Of a stretch of DNA of 63,939 nucleotides, positions 9,493-18,447 are shown piece by piece (position 1 is the stretch's first letter; every line of letters starts with the position of its first letter). The notes beneath the pieces were generated by a model. It was not told where the DNA came from and ran no database searches. It saw nothing but the letters and a program-made list of their open reading frames with translations. The DNA is from a virus. Its lineage: Duplodnaviria > Caudoviricetes. The stretch lies in the IMG/VR virus record IMGVR_UViG_3300024310_000002, positions 1 through 63,939 of that record. One strand, given 5' to 3'. The position numbers and the translations under genes are program-made.

Positions 9493-10162
9493 ACCCAAAG
9501 CCTCTGACTTCGCCCACGTGCGGCATTACGGGATCAGACATGGGAGTGAAGAGCGGGACGAGCATGCGCTCGCGCTTCATCACGGGCTTGCGCTTCTTGG
9601 GCCCGACTTCGTGTGCGAGCTGTGCTGGAACTGCGAAGGCCGCAGTGTTCCAAACGTTAGAGGGTTCTACTGCTCGCATTGCGAGACGTGTATGGGCACG
9701 GGGCTGCTTCAGCCGGGTAGTCTCCCCGCCTTCGACAGCCAGCGCCACCAAGTGCTTGTGGCCGCGAGCTACAGTCTGCTCCTGCCCTTTGAGGTCTGCG
9801 TATGCTGAGCTGGTTCCTCCGATATGCCTATAGGCGATCACTCGGGAAAGCGATCGAGGTCTTGTACGTACTGCACCACCATCGTTACCTGAGTGCACAA
9901 TCCATTTTCCGTCAGGAGCTGCGCCCACTATTACTCCGACATGGTGCGGCCATACGACGACTACGCCGGGCGCTGGACCGCCGGCAGGGGCTCCTACTCT
10001 AGCCCAATTGCGGGCGACCCACAGTGAGCGGTCACTCATGCCGAAGTACTTCCCCATGTAGATGCCGCACCACGGCAGGCGACCTCCGTGATGCCGTCGC
10101 GCCTCGGCCGGCGATGAAAAAAGCACGCACAAAAACGACATCGCGAGAACGATGCTCCGCAT
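9308..10162 (-). CDS. Signal-peptide-bearing CHAP/NlpC-P60-like cell wall hydrolase
   Basis: Sec signal ending AEA; PWCG...ARNW...HHVG...SGND catalytic pattern. Confidence 0.7.
   Translation of the reverse strand: MRSIVLAMSFLCVLFSSPAEARRHHGGRLPWCGIYMGKYFGMSDRSLWVARNWARVGAPAGGPAPGVVVVWPHHVGVIVGAAPDGKWIVHSGNDGGAVRTRPRSLSRVIAYRHIGGTSSAYADLKGQEQTVARGHKHLVALAVEGGETTRLKQPRAHTRLAMRAVEPSNVWNTAAFAVPAQLAHEVGPKKRKPVMKRERMLVPLFTPMSDPVMPHVGEVRGFGSSAHSSPRTRLVQEEADRPSSRASLRSVSHTPRASRSSGSGGREHAADAGADWRAFQQAHF
9482..9808 (+). CDS. Possible Zn-finger protein (CxxCxG / CxxCxGxG), antisense inside 9308..10162
   Basis: GAGGA RBS, coupled to upstream stop; CWNCEG and CETCMGTG. Confidence 0.5.
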   Translation: MRARPKASDFAHVRHYGIRHGSEERDEHALALHHGLALLGPDFVCELCWNCEGRSVPNVRGFYCSHCETCMGTGLLQPGSLPAFDSQRHQVLVAASYSLLLPFEVCVC

Positions 10163-10172
10163 GGTCTTGCTC

Positions 10173-10451
10173 CTATTTTGAGTTTCGTTCCCAGCCGCGG
10201 TTCTTGTGCGGCGACTGCAGGCGAAGGTTGCTACGGGCGTTCGAGCCGCCGTCCTTCACCATGACCCTATGGTCAACGTCCTTGCCCTGAATGGCTTCGT
10301 GGCCGAGATCATGCGCCATGATCGCACGCGCTTGGTTGCGCTGCGAGCGGCCCTTGATGTGCTGGGGCTCGTGATTGTAGCCCCGGTCCATCTTGCGGAT
10401 TTGCTCGGGGGTCCTATGCGAGCTCGGGTCACGAACGCCAGACGCCATCAT
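10173..10451 (-). CDS. HNH endonuclease
   Basis: KDVDH...GGSNARSNLRLQSPHKNR. Confidence 0.85.
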   Translation of the reverse strand: MMASGVRDPSSHRTPEQIRKMDRGYNHEPQHIKGRSQRNQARAIMAHDLGHEAIQGKDVDHRVMVKDGGSNARSNLRLQSPHKNRGWERNSK

Positions 10452-10885
10452 CCCCTCACCAGCTTGAAGCCAAGCCCGCCCGACGCGGGCCGCCAGCCGA
10501 AGTAGAACTCCAGCACGCCCTTCTTGTAGTAGCTCACGAAGGGGAGACGCAACCAGCCTACACGCAGGACAGCCCAGCGCCAGCCTTCTTGCACCGGGGT
10601 GCAGTCTCTGCCTGTGGTCCGAAGCACCGGCTCCGTACCGGTAACCGTGTAGTTGCGGTCCTCGACGCCCACCACGAAGCCCACGAAATTCATCAGCGGG
10701 TTGCGGCACACAAACCAGTAAAATCTCCGCAGCCAGATGTTCTTGACATCAGGCAAATACGGCACGCCGTTGTTGATGTCGGGCACCGTCCAGCCGTCAG
10801 GCCCATGGAGCCACCAGATCGGGTTGATCTTGGTGGTCCATGGGATCAACATGCGATCCTGCATCGTGATCGTTTCAGTAGCCAC
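10448..10885 (-). CDS. Hypothetical Trp-rich protein
   Basis: 145 aa, overlapping stop/start with neighbours. Confidence 0.7.
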   Translation of the reverse strand: MATETITMQDRMLIPWTTKINPIWWLHGPDGWTVPDINNGVPYLPDVKNIWLRRFYWFVCRNPLMNFVGFVVGVEDRNYTVTGTEPVLRTTGRDCTPVQEGWRWAVLRVGWLRLPFVSYYKKGVLEFYFGWRPASGGLGFKLVRG

Positions 10886-11028
10886 TACTTGACCCGCTTG
10901 AGCTTGGGGTTCTTGCGTTTGGCCGCCGGCGAGGCGTTGCGCGACGACTTGGCGAGGATCGCCTTGGCGTTCTTCTCCGGGATGCCTTCCTTCTTCGCAA
11001 TGCCGGCCGCTACCGATTTGAAGCTCAT
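10885..11028 (-). CDS. 47-aa highly basic protein (MSFKSVAAGIAKKEG...KRKNPKLKRVK)
   Basis: Translated manually (below ORF track cut-off); GGAGAG RBS; fills gap exactly. Confidence 0.7.
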   Translation of the reverse strand: MSFKSVAAGIAKKEGIPEKNAKAILAKSSRNASPAAKRKNPKLKRVK

Positions 11029-11037
11029 GGCTCTCTC

Positions 11038-14000
11038 CTAGCGAGTGTTGTAGATGCCTTCCTCGAGGAAGCGCTTATCACGCTTGTTCGGCGTGATCCC
11101 CAGCGTCGACGTCTTGGCCGCCTTTGCATCACGGCGCGCCTTGTCCGTCAACTCCTTGGCGGTGATCTTGCTCTCGGCCGGCGCCGTCATGTTGTACTTC
11201 TGGATTGCCGCCCACGCCTTCGCTTTGTGATCGGGCGCCGCCTCGACCCACGCGTTCGTCAGCGAGCTGCGCTCCTCCTTGGCCCGGGAGCTCGCCCTGT
11301 AGAAGCTGCTGCGCTGTGCCCCTTCCTCGCTCTCCCGCGCGTTACCGAACCCCAGCACGCGCAGAGCGGCCTCAGAGGGTGCGTACGGCGCGCTCGACTG
11401 TTTGCCGCCCGCGGTCTTCTTCCCTTCGGAATACTGCCTGTAGGCACGGATGCTGTCGCTCGCTGCCTTGAGCGGGATCAGCTGCTCCGCGGCCTTCGTG
11501 AAGTTGCCGCTCGCGATGTTGCTGAGACCCTTCACGTAGTCGGCACCGAGCGAAACAACAGGCCCCGACACGCTGTCGAACAGCCACGTCTTGACGTCGC
11601 TCTCTTTGTTGCTCTTGGGCTCGCCAAAACTTAAAACACTATCAAGGCCCATGCGAGACAGATCGAGATTAAGAAGCCGAGGAAGGCCACGAGTAGCCAC
11701 TTCACCGCCTGTCTTTCCAAAGAGCGCTGCAGCTTGTCGGCGTATCTCATTCTCGACATCACTCCATCCAACCCCCGTGACGGGGCTGGCGGCCATAACC
11801 AGATATTTGAATGGCTCCGTGGGCAGGCCCAGAGCCCCAGCCATCGCCATATGCGTCGCAGCGATGCCGACCAGCGTCTTGATTGCACGAGCGCGATCCC
11901 CCGGTTCTGCGTTGCGGATAGCGTCACCGATTTGCGACCCGATCAGCTGATACATTCCTTGGCCGTACTTCTTGAACTGAAGTGCGATTTTGAGCAAAGG
12001 ATGATTGAACACCGCAGGGGAGTTCGTCGGCGAGTAGTTGAACTGCGTGCTGTTCACTGCGTCGGTGGCCGCGCGCGTAGCTGCATCGTGAGACGCGCCT
12101 TTGCTGCGCTCCAAGCGATACGTCGCGAGCGCCGTCACTGCCCGATTGATTGTTTCAATCGCGCGAGGCATCTCCCGAGATACACCTTCCATGTACGCAA
12201 GCATTGCATCCGCTTTGCCACCCACGCCTTCGTAGCTGCGGGCCAAGTGCTGAACTTCCATGCCGGCATCGGCATCGATCACTCCCTCGTCGATGTTGTG
12301 TTGGATCATCGCCCGCTCGTCCGGTGACAGCTTGCGCATGACCATGCTCATGAGGTCCTGTTTGGTCTCCTTGCCGCGCGCCGCGGTCGCCGTGCCCTTG
12401 GCTCCGGCCTTGACCACACCGCCTGCATTGATGTCGGCGTACGCCTTCCCCATCGCCGCGAATGACCTACCCACACCGTACTTGCCCACCAGATAGGGCA
12501 TCGTGACCATGCCCGGCTGCATCGCGTTGATGATGCTATAGGCCGGCGACGCCAGCTTGTCGGTGAAGCTCGCGCTCAGAAGCCGTTTCACGACCGGCGA
12601 GAACTTCCCTCCCTGATCGAACCCGTTATCGCCCTCGACGCGATCGCGCACCTCGTTGGAGATCGCCGTGCGAGCGTACTGCCCCGTCTTGCTGTGGTCG
12701 CGATCCAGCTGCTCGGCCATGGCCTTGAGCCCGGCCTCCAGATCAGGACCATGTTCAAGCCGCGCCAGATACCGCGAGCTGCTCCCTGCGTAGTCAACGG
12801 TGTTCTGCACGAGGTCTTCGCTGTAGCCCTGCACGCCCCTGCGAGGGAGCGCGCGCGAGGAGACCCTCGTTGAGCCGTGAGAAGCTAGCGACGCTTCTTC
12901 AACGGCGCGTCGGAGCGCAGCTTTCTCTGTGGGTGATGCTGACTTGTAAGCGTCAGAATGCTCAAGTTTTTTAACGAGGCGGCTAAGTGCTGTCGAGAGC
13001 TCGGCACCTTGTCGAGCGTTAATCTCCAAACTGCGAGGAACCACCTCGTGGACAGCAATGCTTCCATCCTTAGCGAGTTCAGCGGCACGCGCAATTGCGG
13101 CACGTTTACCTTGGACGAACTCGACGTGTCGGTTCTGGACGGTGACCCGATAGCGCGCAACACTGTCCAATTCATTGGCCCCAGACTTCTCGCCTGTTTT
13201 GCTGTCGACCCAGACTTTTTTAAGGGCCGCCTGCAGGGGTGATGCCTTGACATACTTCTCGGCCTCCTCTCGCGAGCCGAACTCGAACTCCACATCCCCC
13301 CCTTCGTTCTTAATAACTGTCGCGTTACCCGGTGAGGTAACCTTGTAATCGCCTTTTACGACGTGGTCACCACGCCGCATCAATGGCACATAGGGTCCTT
13401 CAATCTTCGAGAGCTCGCCGGCGTCCTCGAGGACGTCCATATTCGACCCCAGCAGAAGCTTATCAGCGTCAGTAAGATTACCCTCATGCACGCGTCGTGC
13501 CAGCGCTGCATCCTCGTGCCCCATCAGCTTGAGAATTTGGTTCTCGATGATGCCGAGCGACATCTTGTTCTGCTCGTCGCGGAAGTACTTCGTCGTTTCG
13601 TGGAACGCCGCTTTGTACTCCTCCGGCAAGGCGTTATAGCGCTTCACCAATTCCGGATGCTGGGCCTTCGCCCATACACCGCGCATGGCGTTCTTCCCAA
13701 GGTGCGCGTTCTTCGCATCGTTGAGCGACACGTCTGGATGCACGTTGGCCACGGTGGCGTCGTGCATGAGCGAGCTCAGCTCTTCATATGCTGCACGGTT
13801 CTTCGCCCGCAGTGCTACAAGGTTGCGCACGATCGGCTCGGACGCTTGGAACATCCTGTCGCCAGTGACGCGCATGCGTTCGATGGCGCTGTGGATTTTC
13901 CGGACGGGGTTACCCTCACCGAAGTAGTGATCCGCGATCCGCGCGATGTTGTCGAACGTGCGAAGCTTCAGAGCTTTGGGCGCGCTGACGTTGGCCTCGC

Positions 14001-17000
14001 GGCTCTCAAGTAGCCTACGCACGCCCTCTGCCGCACGCGTCGTGAACGCTTCGGCTTCGCCAGCTGCAATGTTGTGGCCCTGCGCCTCGCCACGCAGACG
14101 GGGCGCGATGTAGTTGTCTTGATGCGCGAGCTCCAGCCCCTCACCCACCTTCATGATGGCATCGAGTACGCTGTCGCCCTGCGGCAGCTGGCCCGTGATC
14201 TTCTCCACGGCCTTCTTCACGAAGCCGCGGAACACGTCCCACATGGACATCGAGCGCTTACTCAGGCCGAGATACGCCGACATCACCGGATCGTTGACCG
14301 GGATTTGCGTGAGCAGTTCTTGGAAGCCCTTGTTCGAGAACGCCTCTGCGATGAACTCCTTGGAGTTCGTGAACCCGTAGCGCGTGACGTCGCCGCCCGG
14401 AGCCATCTGCCCGTAGAGCGCTTCGACATGTGGCGCGTTGTCGGGATGCTCCATCCAGTCAGCTGCTATATGCATAAGCCGTCGGATGGTGCTCTCGGCA
14501 GCGGCGCTGTTCTCGATCTCCCGCACAGTGAAGGCGTGCGCTGTCTCGTGCAGGAGCACATGCGCGAGACTTCCGTGTTCGATGCCGTTGTCACGCAGAG
14601 AAGTTGAGATGAACAGCTGGCTATGGCCGTGGATGTTGCGCGTATGCATGCCCAATGCATCGGGCGTATCCGGGAAGAGCTTCGCCATCTGCTCAGGCGT
14701 CACGTAATGCACGACATGCTCGCTGTCCTTGGCCAGCTTCTTGAAGCGGCTCAGGAAGAACTTCGCGAGCGTCCCGCCAACACCGCCACGGCTGTCGAGA
14801 TTGAGACGATCGAGCTCGTTCTCCAGATAGTCACTGCGGACAGACTTAACGGTACCATGCTCGTTCGTGATGCTGTCCATCACGGTCTGCTCACCCGGCT
14901 GCAGCTGCGTCATCGTCGGGTCTTCGCCGAAGAAGTGCATGGTGGCGGGGCGCGTCGTGTCGCCGTCCTCCAGCCAAGCCTTGAGCTCGGGGACAGTCAC
15001 TTCGTGGATGTTGCCGGCGCGATCCGCACCGGAGCCATCGCTGAAAGCACGGTGGTAGGCTTCGAGTGCAGCGTCCTCGCTGTCGAAGCGCATCATCACT
15101 TTGTGTTCGTCAAACTCCCCAGTGCGAGGGTCCAGCTGGTCAATAATAAAGTAGCGTTTTCCAGACCGACCGTCATAAGCGTCGACGTGATCACCGTCTG
15201 CGCCTGTAGTGCGGCGCAAGTAACCGTAGTCAGCCGGCATGGTGACGGACCACTCGCCTTCCGGCCCCCGACCACGACGCACAGCGCCCTTCGGGTTTTC
15301 AATCGTGAAGTCCAGTCCTTCGACACTGCGGTGCCCCTTCTTGTAATTGCCGGCCCTGATCTGGCCTTCGGTGGGATTGCGCTCGACACGAAGGGCTTCG
15401 CCGCCGCCATCGAGCTTGCGCTTAGTCGCCGCGAGCTCAGCGCTGTAATCCCCTGCATCGAGGAACACAGCCTTGTTCTCTGCAAGCGAGCGCTTCCACG
15501 CTGCGAGGAGCCTACCCGGCTCCATAGTGTCCTGCAGCGACTTCGGGAAGTGGTACACACCAAGCTTCTCAAGCCTGTCGTAGTCAGCGTTCGAGAGGTT
15601 GGTTACCCACCGACGTAACGTGTTGAGGTCCGTCGCGTACGGCACCATGCCCGCGAGCTCAGCCTTGGTGTAGAGGTGCGGCTGGTAGCGCGGCTTCTTC
15701 TCAAGCGAAACCAGCGGCGGACGCTTGACGTCCTCCTCTGCCCTCGCGATCACCTGCTCGATCTTGTCGTTCTTGATCTTGGCTTTTGCGAGCGCAGCCT
15801 TACGCGCTTCGCGCGGCGTCATGCCGCTCTTCATCTTCTCCTGCTTGACTTCGATATGCTTGACGCTACGGCCCTGCTCTATCTCGGTGTCAGAGCTAGG
15901 TACAACATCACTGTCAGCGTCTGCAGTATGATCGTCAGGAGCAGCAACTGTATCGGCAACGTGCTCGTCGATGCCGCCATCTTCCGTAGGCTTAGCGAGA
16001 ACTTCATCATCGGTTCTCTCCTCGGGGGAGGGAGGGGTCTCTTCATCGAGCCCCTTCGTCGTCTCGTCAGCTGCTTTGTCGGCGACCTGTTCGATCTGGT
16101 TCTCTTCGCCGCCGACCTGACGTTTAGCACGATCTCCCTCTTCAAGGCGACGGGCAATTACTTCTTCGGCTGCTCCTGCATGGATGAGCGCTTCGTCACT
16201 CTTGAAAGTTGTGACGGCGTCCGTGATCGCCTTTCCCGTCGGGTGTTTGTCCGCAACCTTGACCACGTCCTTCGCGATCCGGAGGAGAAGCACGTTCGGG
16301 TCATCACTAAGGGCGTCTCCCTTGGCACTGCGCTTGATCTGGCTCTGTATCGGCTTACCGATGCGCTTCTCCGCATCAGCGACCATCGCACGAAGGCGGT
16401 TCACCACAACATCGCGGCGCGCCGGCAAACGATGATACCCGTCCTCCGCATCGTTGTTCGGCGGGTAGGCCGCAACAACGTCCTTGGAATGCGCGAGCGC
16501 CGCATCGCGCTGCTGGCCAGCCTTGCCGCGGTAGTTCTTGCCGGGACCGGCCGGCTTCTCTTCCACGACCACAGGCGCTTCGGGCGGCTTGGGGGCCACC
16601 ATCTCGCGCTCAGCCTTGGGCTGGCGCAAATCAGGAAGCACCCTACCGCCGGCGCCATTGGTGCGCGCCGCGATCACCTGTTCGGGCGTCTCTACAGCGA
16701 TGGCATTCCCGGGCGTCTTCGTGGCCTCAAGGGCAGCTCGCTGCTCCGGAAGAGTAGCAGTTGTACCTGCAGCGGCCTTGACTTCTGTACCGTCAGGCGT
16801 GCGTTCAGTAATCGCCACAGGCGTCGCGCCAGCAGCCGCATCAGCGACGGCTTGGGGCTTAGAAACCGGACCGAGACCGAGGAGTTCGTTCTCACGTCCA
16901 GCTGCTGATAGCTTCGTAATTGTCGACCGGTCCACAAGCTTCGGGTCAAAGATGAACCTCCCTCTTGGCGTGTTCATGCTCTTGAGGCCGGTCTTGCCTC

Positions 17001-18438
17001 CGAGGAGGTTGGCCGGCACGACGGTCCCGCGCGGCAGCATGACCGCCTTGCGGTCGCCGGTGCCGATCTGCGCGATCTGTTCTCCGATGCTCGCCGGCTT
17101 CTCGGGCACGTTCATGCCCGTGTCCAGCTGAGGAGCAGGCGTTACCTCCTGAGGTACCGGCGGGGGCTTGCCCTCCTGATCCAGCTTGTCGAGCGTCTCG
17201 TTGGGCGAACGCTCGGGCATGGCAGCGACTTCGGTAGCGCTTGCTTGCGGCGCGCCCTCGTTCGACTGCACAGCGGCGACAACCGCCGGGTCAATGGTGA
17301 CCGTCTGGTCGACAGGCTTCTTGGGGGCGGCCGTCTTCTTGTCGGTCTTCCCCATGTCGCGCTCGGTCGTGGTCGGAGCGTTTTGAGGGTTCGCCTCCAC
17401 TTCGGACGGCTTGGCAGCGACACCCGTCGAGCCCTCCTTCACCTGCGGCGGGGCAACGTCCGCGGTCGCATGGGTCTCAGGGAGCTTCGGGGGCTTGGCT
17501 TCTGGGAGAGCGGGGGGCTTGGGCGCGTTGTGGCCGCCGGCCACGAGCCCGGCAGCGCCGCCGAACAATCCACCCAACACGCCGCCCTCGAGTGCAGCGT
17601 TCGCCGCCCGCGCGCGGTCGAACTCCTTCTGCATCCCGGCTTCAATCTCAGCCTGCTGCTGGACAACGTCCGCAACGCCCTCTTGGAGCGCGTTAGTGCC
17701 GACGCCTTCAGCCGCACCGATGGCGCCACTGGCCAGAGCACCGCGCTCACCTGCACCGAGGACGGCGTTCTTCGCGCCTCCTGCGAGGCCGCGCGCGGCG
17801 GTACCGGCCGGGCCCACGACGCCCGTGACCGCACCGAGGACGGCGTTGATCGCCGGGCCCCAGCCCTGAGCCTCACGGTTGAAGCGCTTGCGCGCGTCCT
17901 CCTCGTCCATGAGCTCGCGCATCGCCTTGTACTTTGGCGACTGTGCTTGGAGCTCCTTGTCCGACATGGCGTCGAGCTGGCGGTAGAACTCGTCGAGCCC
18001 TTCACCCGCTTGGAGCACGCCGCCCGCGCCGGCCGCGATGATCGTGGCGCCGACAGCATCCGCCATGAGCCCGCCGGGGATCGCCGCGGCGGCAACAGAT
18101 GGCAGCATGTTCGTGGTTTTGAGCGCAGTCGCGAGTACTGGGTGCTCCCAGAACTCGCTGGACGTCAGCGTGCTCGCAGCGAGCTTGCGCGTGGCGGGGT
18201 TGATCGTGTCGGAGATACCCTCGCTCGTACCAGCGAAAATCTCCTGAAGGCCCTTCGCGATCTGCGCGCCGCCTTCACTCCCTCCAAGCTCCCAGCCGTA
18301 GCGAAGCGCGCCGGCGAGGTTCGAGCCTACCGATGCAGTGCTTGCACCGAGACCCTTGGCGAAATCGCCTGCTGTACCTAGAGCTTGATCTTCCGGGTTA
18401 GCGGCCGGACCGAGGAGATAGTTGTCAGCGTCTGCCAT
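11038..18438 (-). CDS. Giant polyvalent virion/ejection protein (InPase-like, zincin peptidase, PLxRFG-like domains)
   Basis: NPTEGQIRAGNYKKGH...YGY...GADGDHVD...DEHKVM; HETAH...EFIAE; PYVPLMRRG; Gly/Ala-rich N-terminus. Confidence 0.85.
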   Translation of the reverse strand: MADADNYLLGPAANPEDQALGTAGDFAKGLGASTASVGSNLAGALRYGWELGGSEGGAQIAKGLQEIFAGTSEGISDTINPATRKLAASTLTSSEFWEHPVLATALKTTNMLPSVAAAAIPGGLMADAVGATIIAAGAGGVLQAGEGLDEFYRQLDAMSDKELQAQSPKYKAMRELMDEEDARKRFNREAQGWGPAINAVLGAVTGVVGPAGTAARGLAGGAKNAVLGAGERGALASGAIGAAEGVGTNALQEGVADVVQQQAEIEAGMQKEFDRARAANAALEGGVLGGLFGGAAGLVAGGHNAPKPPALPEAKPPKLPETHATADVAPPQVKEGSTGVAAKPSEVEANPQNAPTTTERDMGKTDKKTAAPKKPVDQTVTIDPAVVAAVQSNEGAPQASATEVAAMPERSPNETLDKLDQEGKPPPVPQEVTPAPQLDTGMNVPEKPASIGEQIAQIGTGDRKAVMLPRGTVVPANLLGGKTGLKSMNTPRGRFIFDPKLVDRSTITKLSAAGRENELLGLGPVSKPQAVADAAAGATPVAITERTPDGTEVKAAAGTTATLPEQRAALEATKTPGNAIAVETPEQVIAARTNGAGGRVLPDLRQPKAEREMVAPKPPEAPVVVEEKPAGPGKNYRGKAGQQRDAALAHSKDVVAAYPPNNDAEDGYHRLPARRDVVVNRLRAMVADAEKRIGKPIQSQIKRSAKGDALSDDPNVLLLRIAKDVVKVADKHPTGKAITDAVTTFKSDEALIHAGAAEEVIARRLEEGDRAKRQVGGEENQIEQVADKAADETTKGLDEETPPSPEERTDDEVLAKPTEDGGIDEHVADTVAAPDDHTADADSDVVPSSDTEIEQGRSVKHIEVKQEKMKSGMTPREARKAALAKAKIKNDKIEQVIARAEEDVKRPPLVSLEKKPRYQPHLYTKAELAGMVPYATDLNTLRRWVTNLSNADYDRLEKLGVYHFPKSLQDTMEPGRLLAAWKRSLAENKAVFLDAGDYSAELAATKRKLDGGGEALRVERNPTEGQIRAGNYKKGHRSVEGLDFTIENPKGAVRRGRGPEGEWSVTMPADYGYLRRTTGADGDHVDAYDGRSGKRYFIIDQLDPRTGEFDEHKVMMRFDSEDAALEAYHRAFSDGSGADRAGNIHEVTVPELKAWLEDGDTTRPATMHFFGEDPTMTQLQPGEQTVMDSITNEHGTVKSVRSDYLENELDRLNLDSRGGVGGTLAKFFLSRFKKLAKDSEHVVHYVTPEQMAKLFPDTPDALGMHTRNIHGHSQLFISTSLRDNGIEHGSLAHVLLHETAHAFTVREIENSAAAESTIRRLMHIAADWMEHPDNAPHVEALYGQMAPGGDVTRYGFTNSKEFIAEAFSNKGFQELLTQIPVNDPVMSAYLGLSKRSMSMWDVFRGFVKKAVEKITGQLPQGDSVLDAIMKVGEGLELAHQDNYIAPRLRGEAQGHNIAAGEAEAFTTRAAEGVRRLLESREANVSAPKALKLRTFDNIARIADHYFGEGNPVRKIHSAIERMRVTGDRMFQASEPIVRNLVALRAKNRAAYEELSSLMHDATVANVHPDVSLNDAKNAHLGKNAMRGVWAKAQHPELVKRYNALPEEYKAAFHETTKYFRDEQNKMSLGIIENQILKLMGHEDAALARRVHEGNLTDADKLLLGSNMDVLEDAGELSKIEGPYVPLMRRGDHVVKGDYKVTSPGNATVIKNEGGDVEFEFGSREEAEKYVKASPLQAALKKVWVDSKTGEKSGANELDSVARYRVTVQNRHVEFVQGKRAAIARAAELAKDGSIAVHEVVPRSLEINARQGAELSTALSRLVKKLEHSDAYKSASPTEKAALRRAVEEASLASHGSTRVSSRALPRRGVQGYSEDLVQNTVDYAGSSSRYLARLEHGPDLEAGLKAMAEQLDRDHSKTGQYARTAISNEVRDRVEGDNGFDQGGKFSPVVKRLLSASFTDKLASPAYSIINAMQPGMVTMPYLVGKYGVGRSFAAMGKAYADINAGGVVKAGAKGTATAARGKETKQDLMSMVMRKLSPDERAMIQHNIDEGVIDADAGMEVQHLARSYEGVGGKADAMLAYMEGVSREMPRAIETINRAVTALATYRLERSKGASHDAATRAATDAVNSTQFNYSPTNSPAVFNHPLLKIALQFKKYGQGMYQLIGSQIGDAIRNAEPGDRARAIKTLVGIAATHMAMAGALGLPTEPFKYLVMAASPVTGVGWSDVENEIRRQAAALFGKTGGEVATRGLPRLLNLDLSRMGLDSVLSFGEPKSNKESDVKTWLFDSVSGPVVSLGADYVKGLSNIASGNFTKAAEQLIPLKAASDSIRAYRQYSEGKKTAGGKQSSAPYAPSEAALRVLGFGNARESEEGAQRSSFYRASSRAKEERSSLTNAWVEAAPDHKAKAWAAIQKYNMTAPAESKITAKELTDKARRDAKAAKTSTLGITPNKRDKRFLEEGIYNTR

Positions 18439-18447
18439 GCCCCACCC

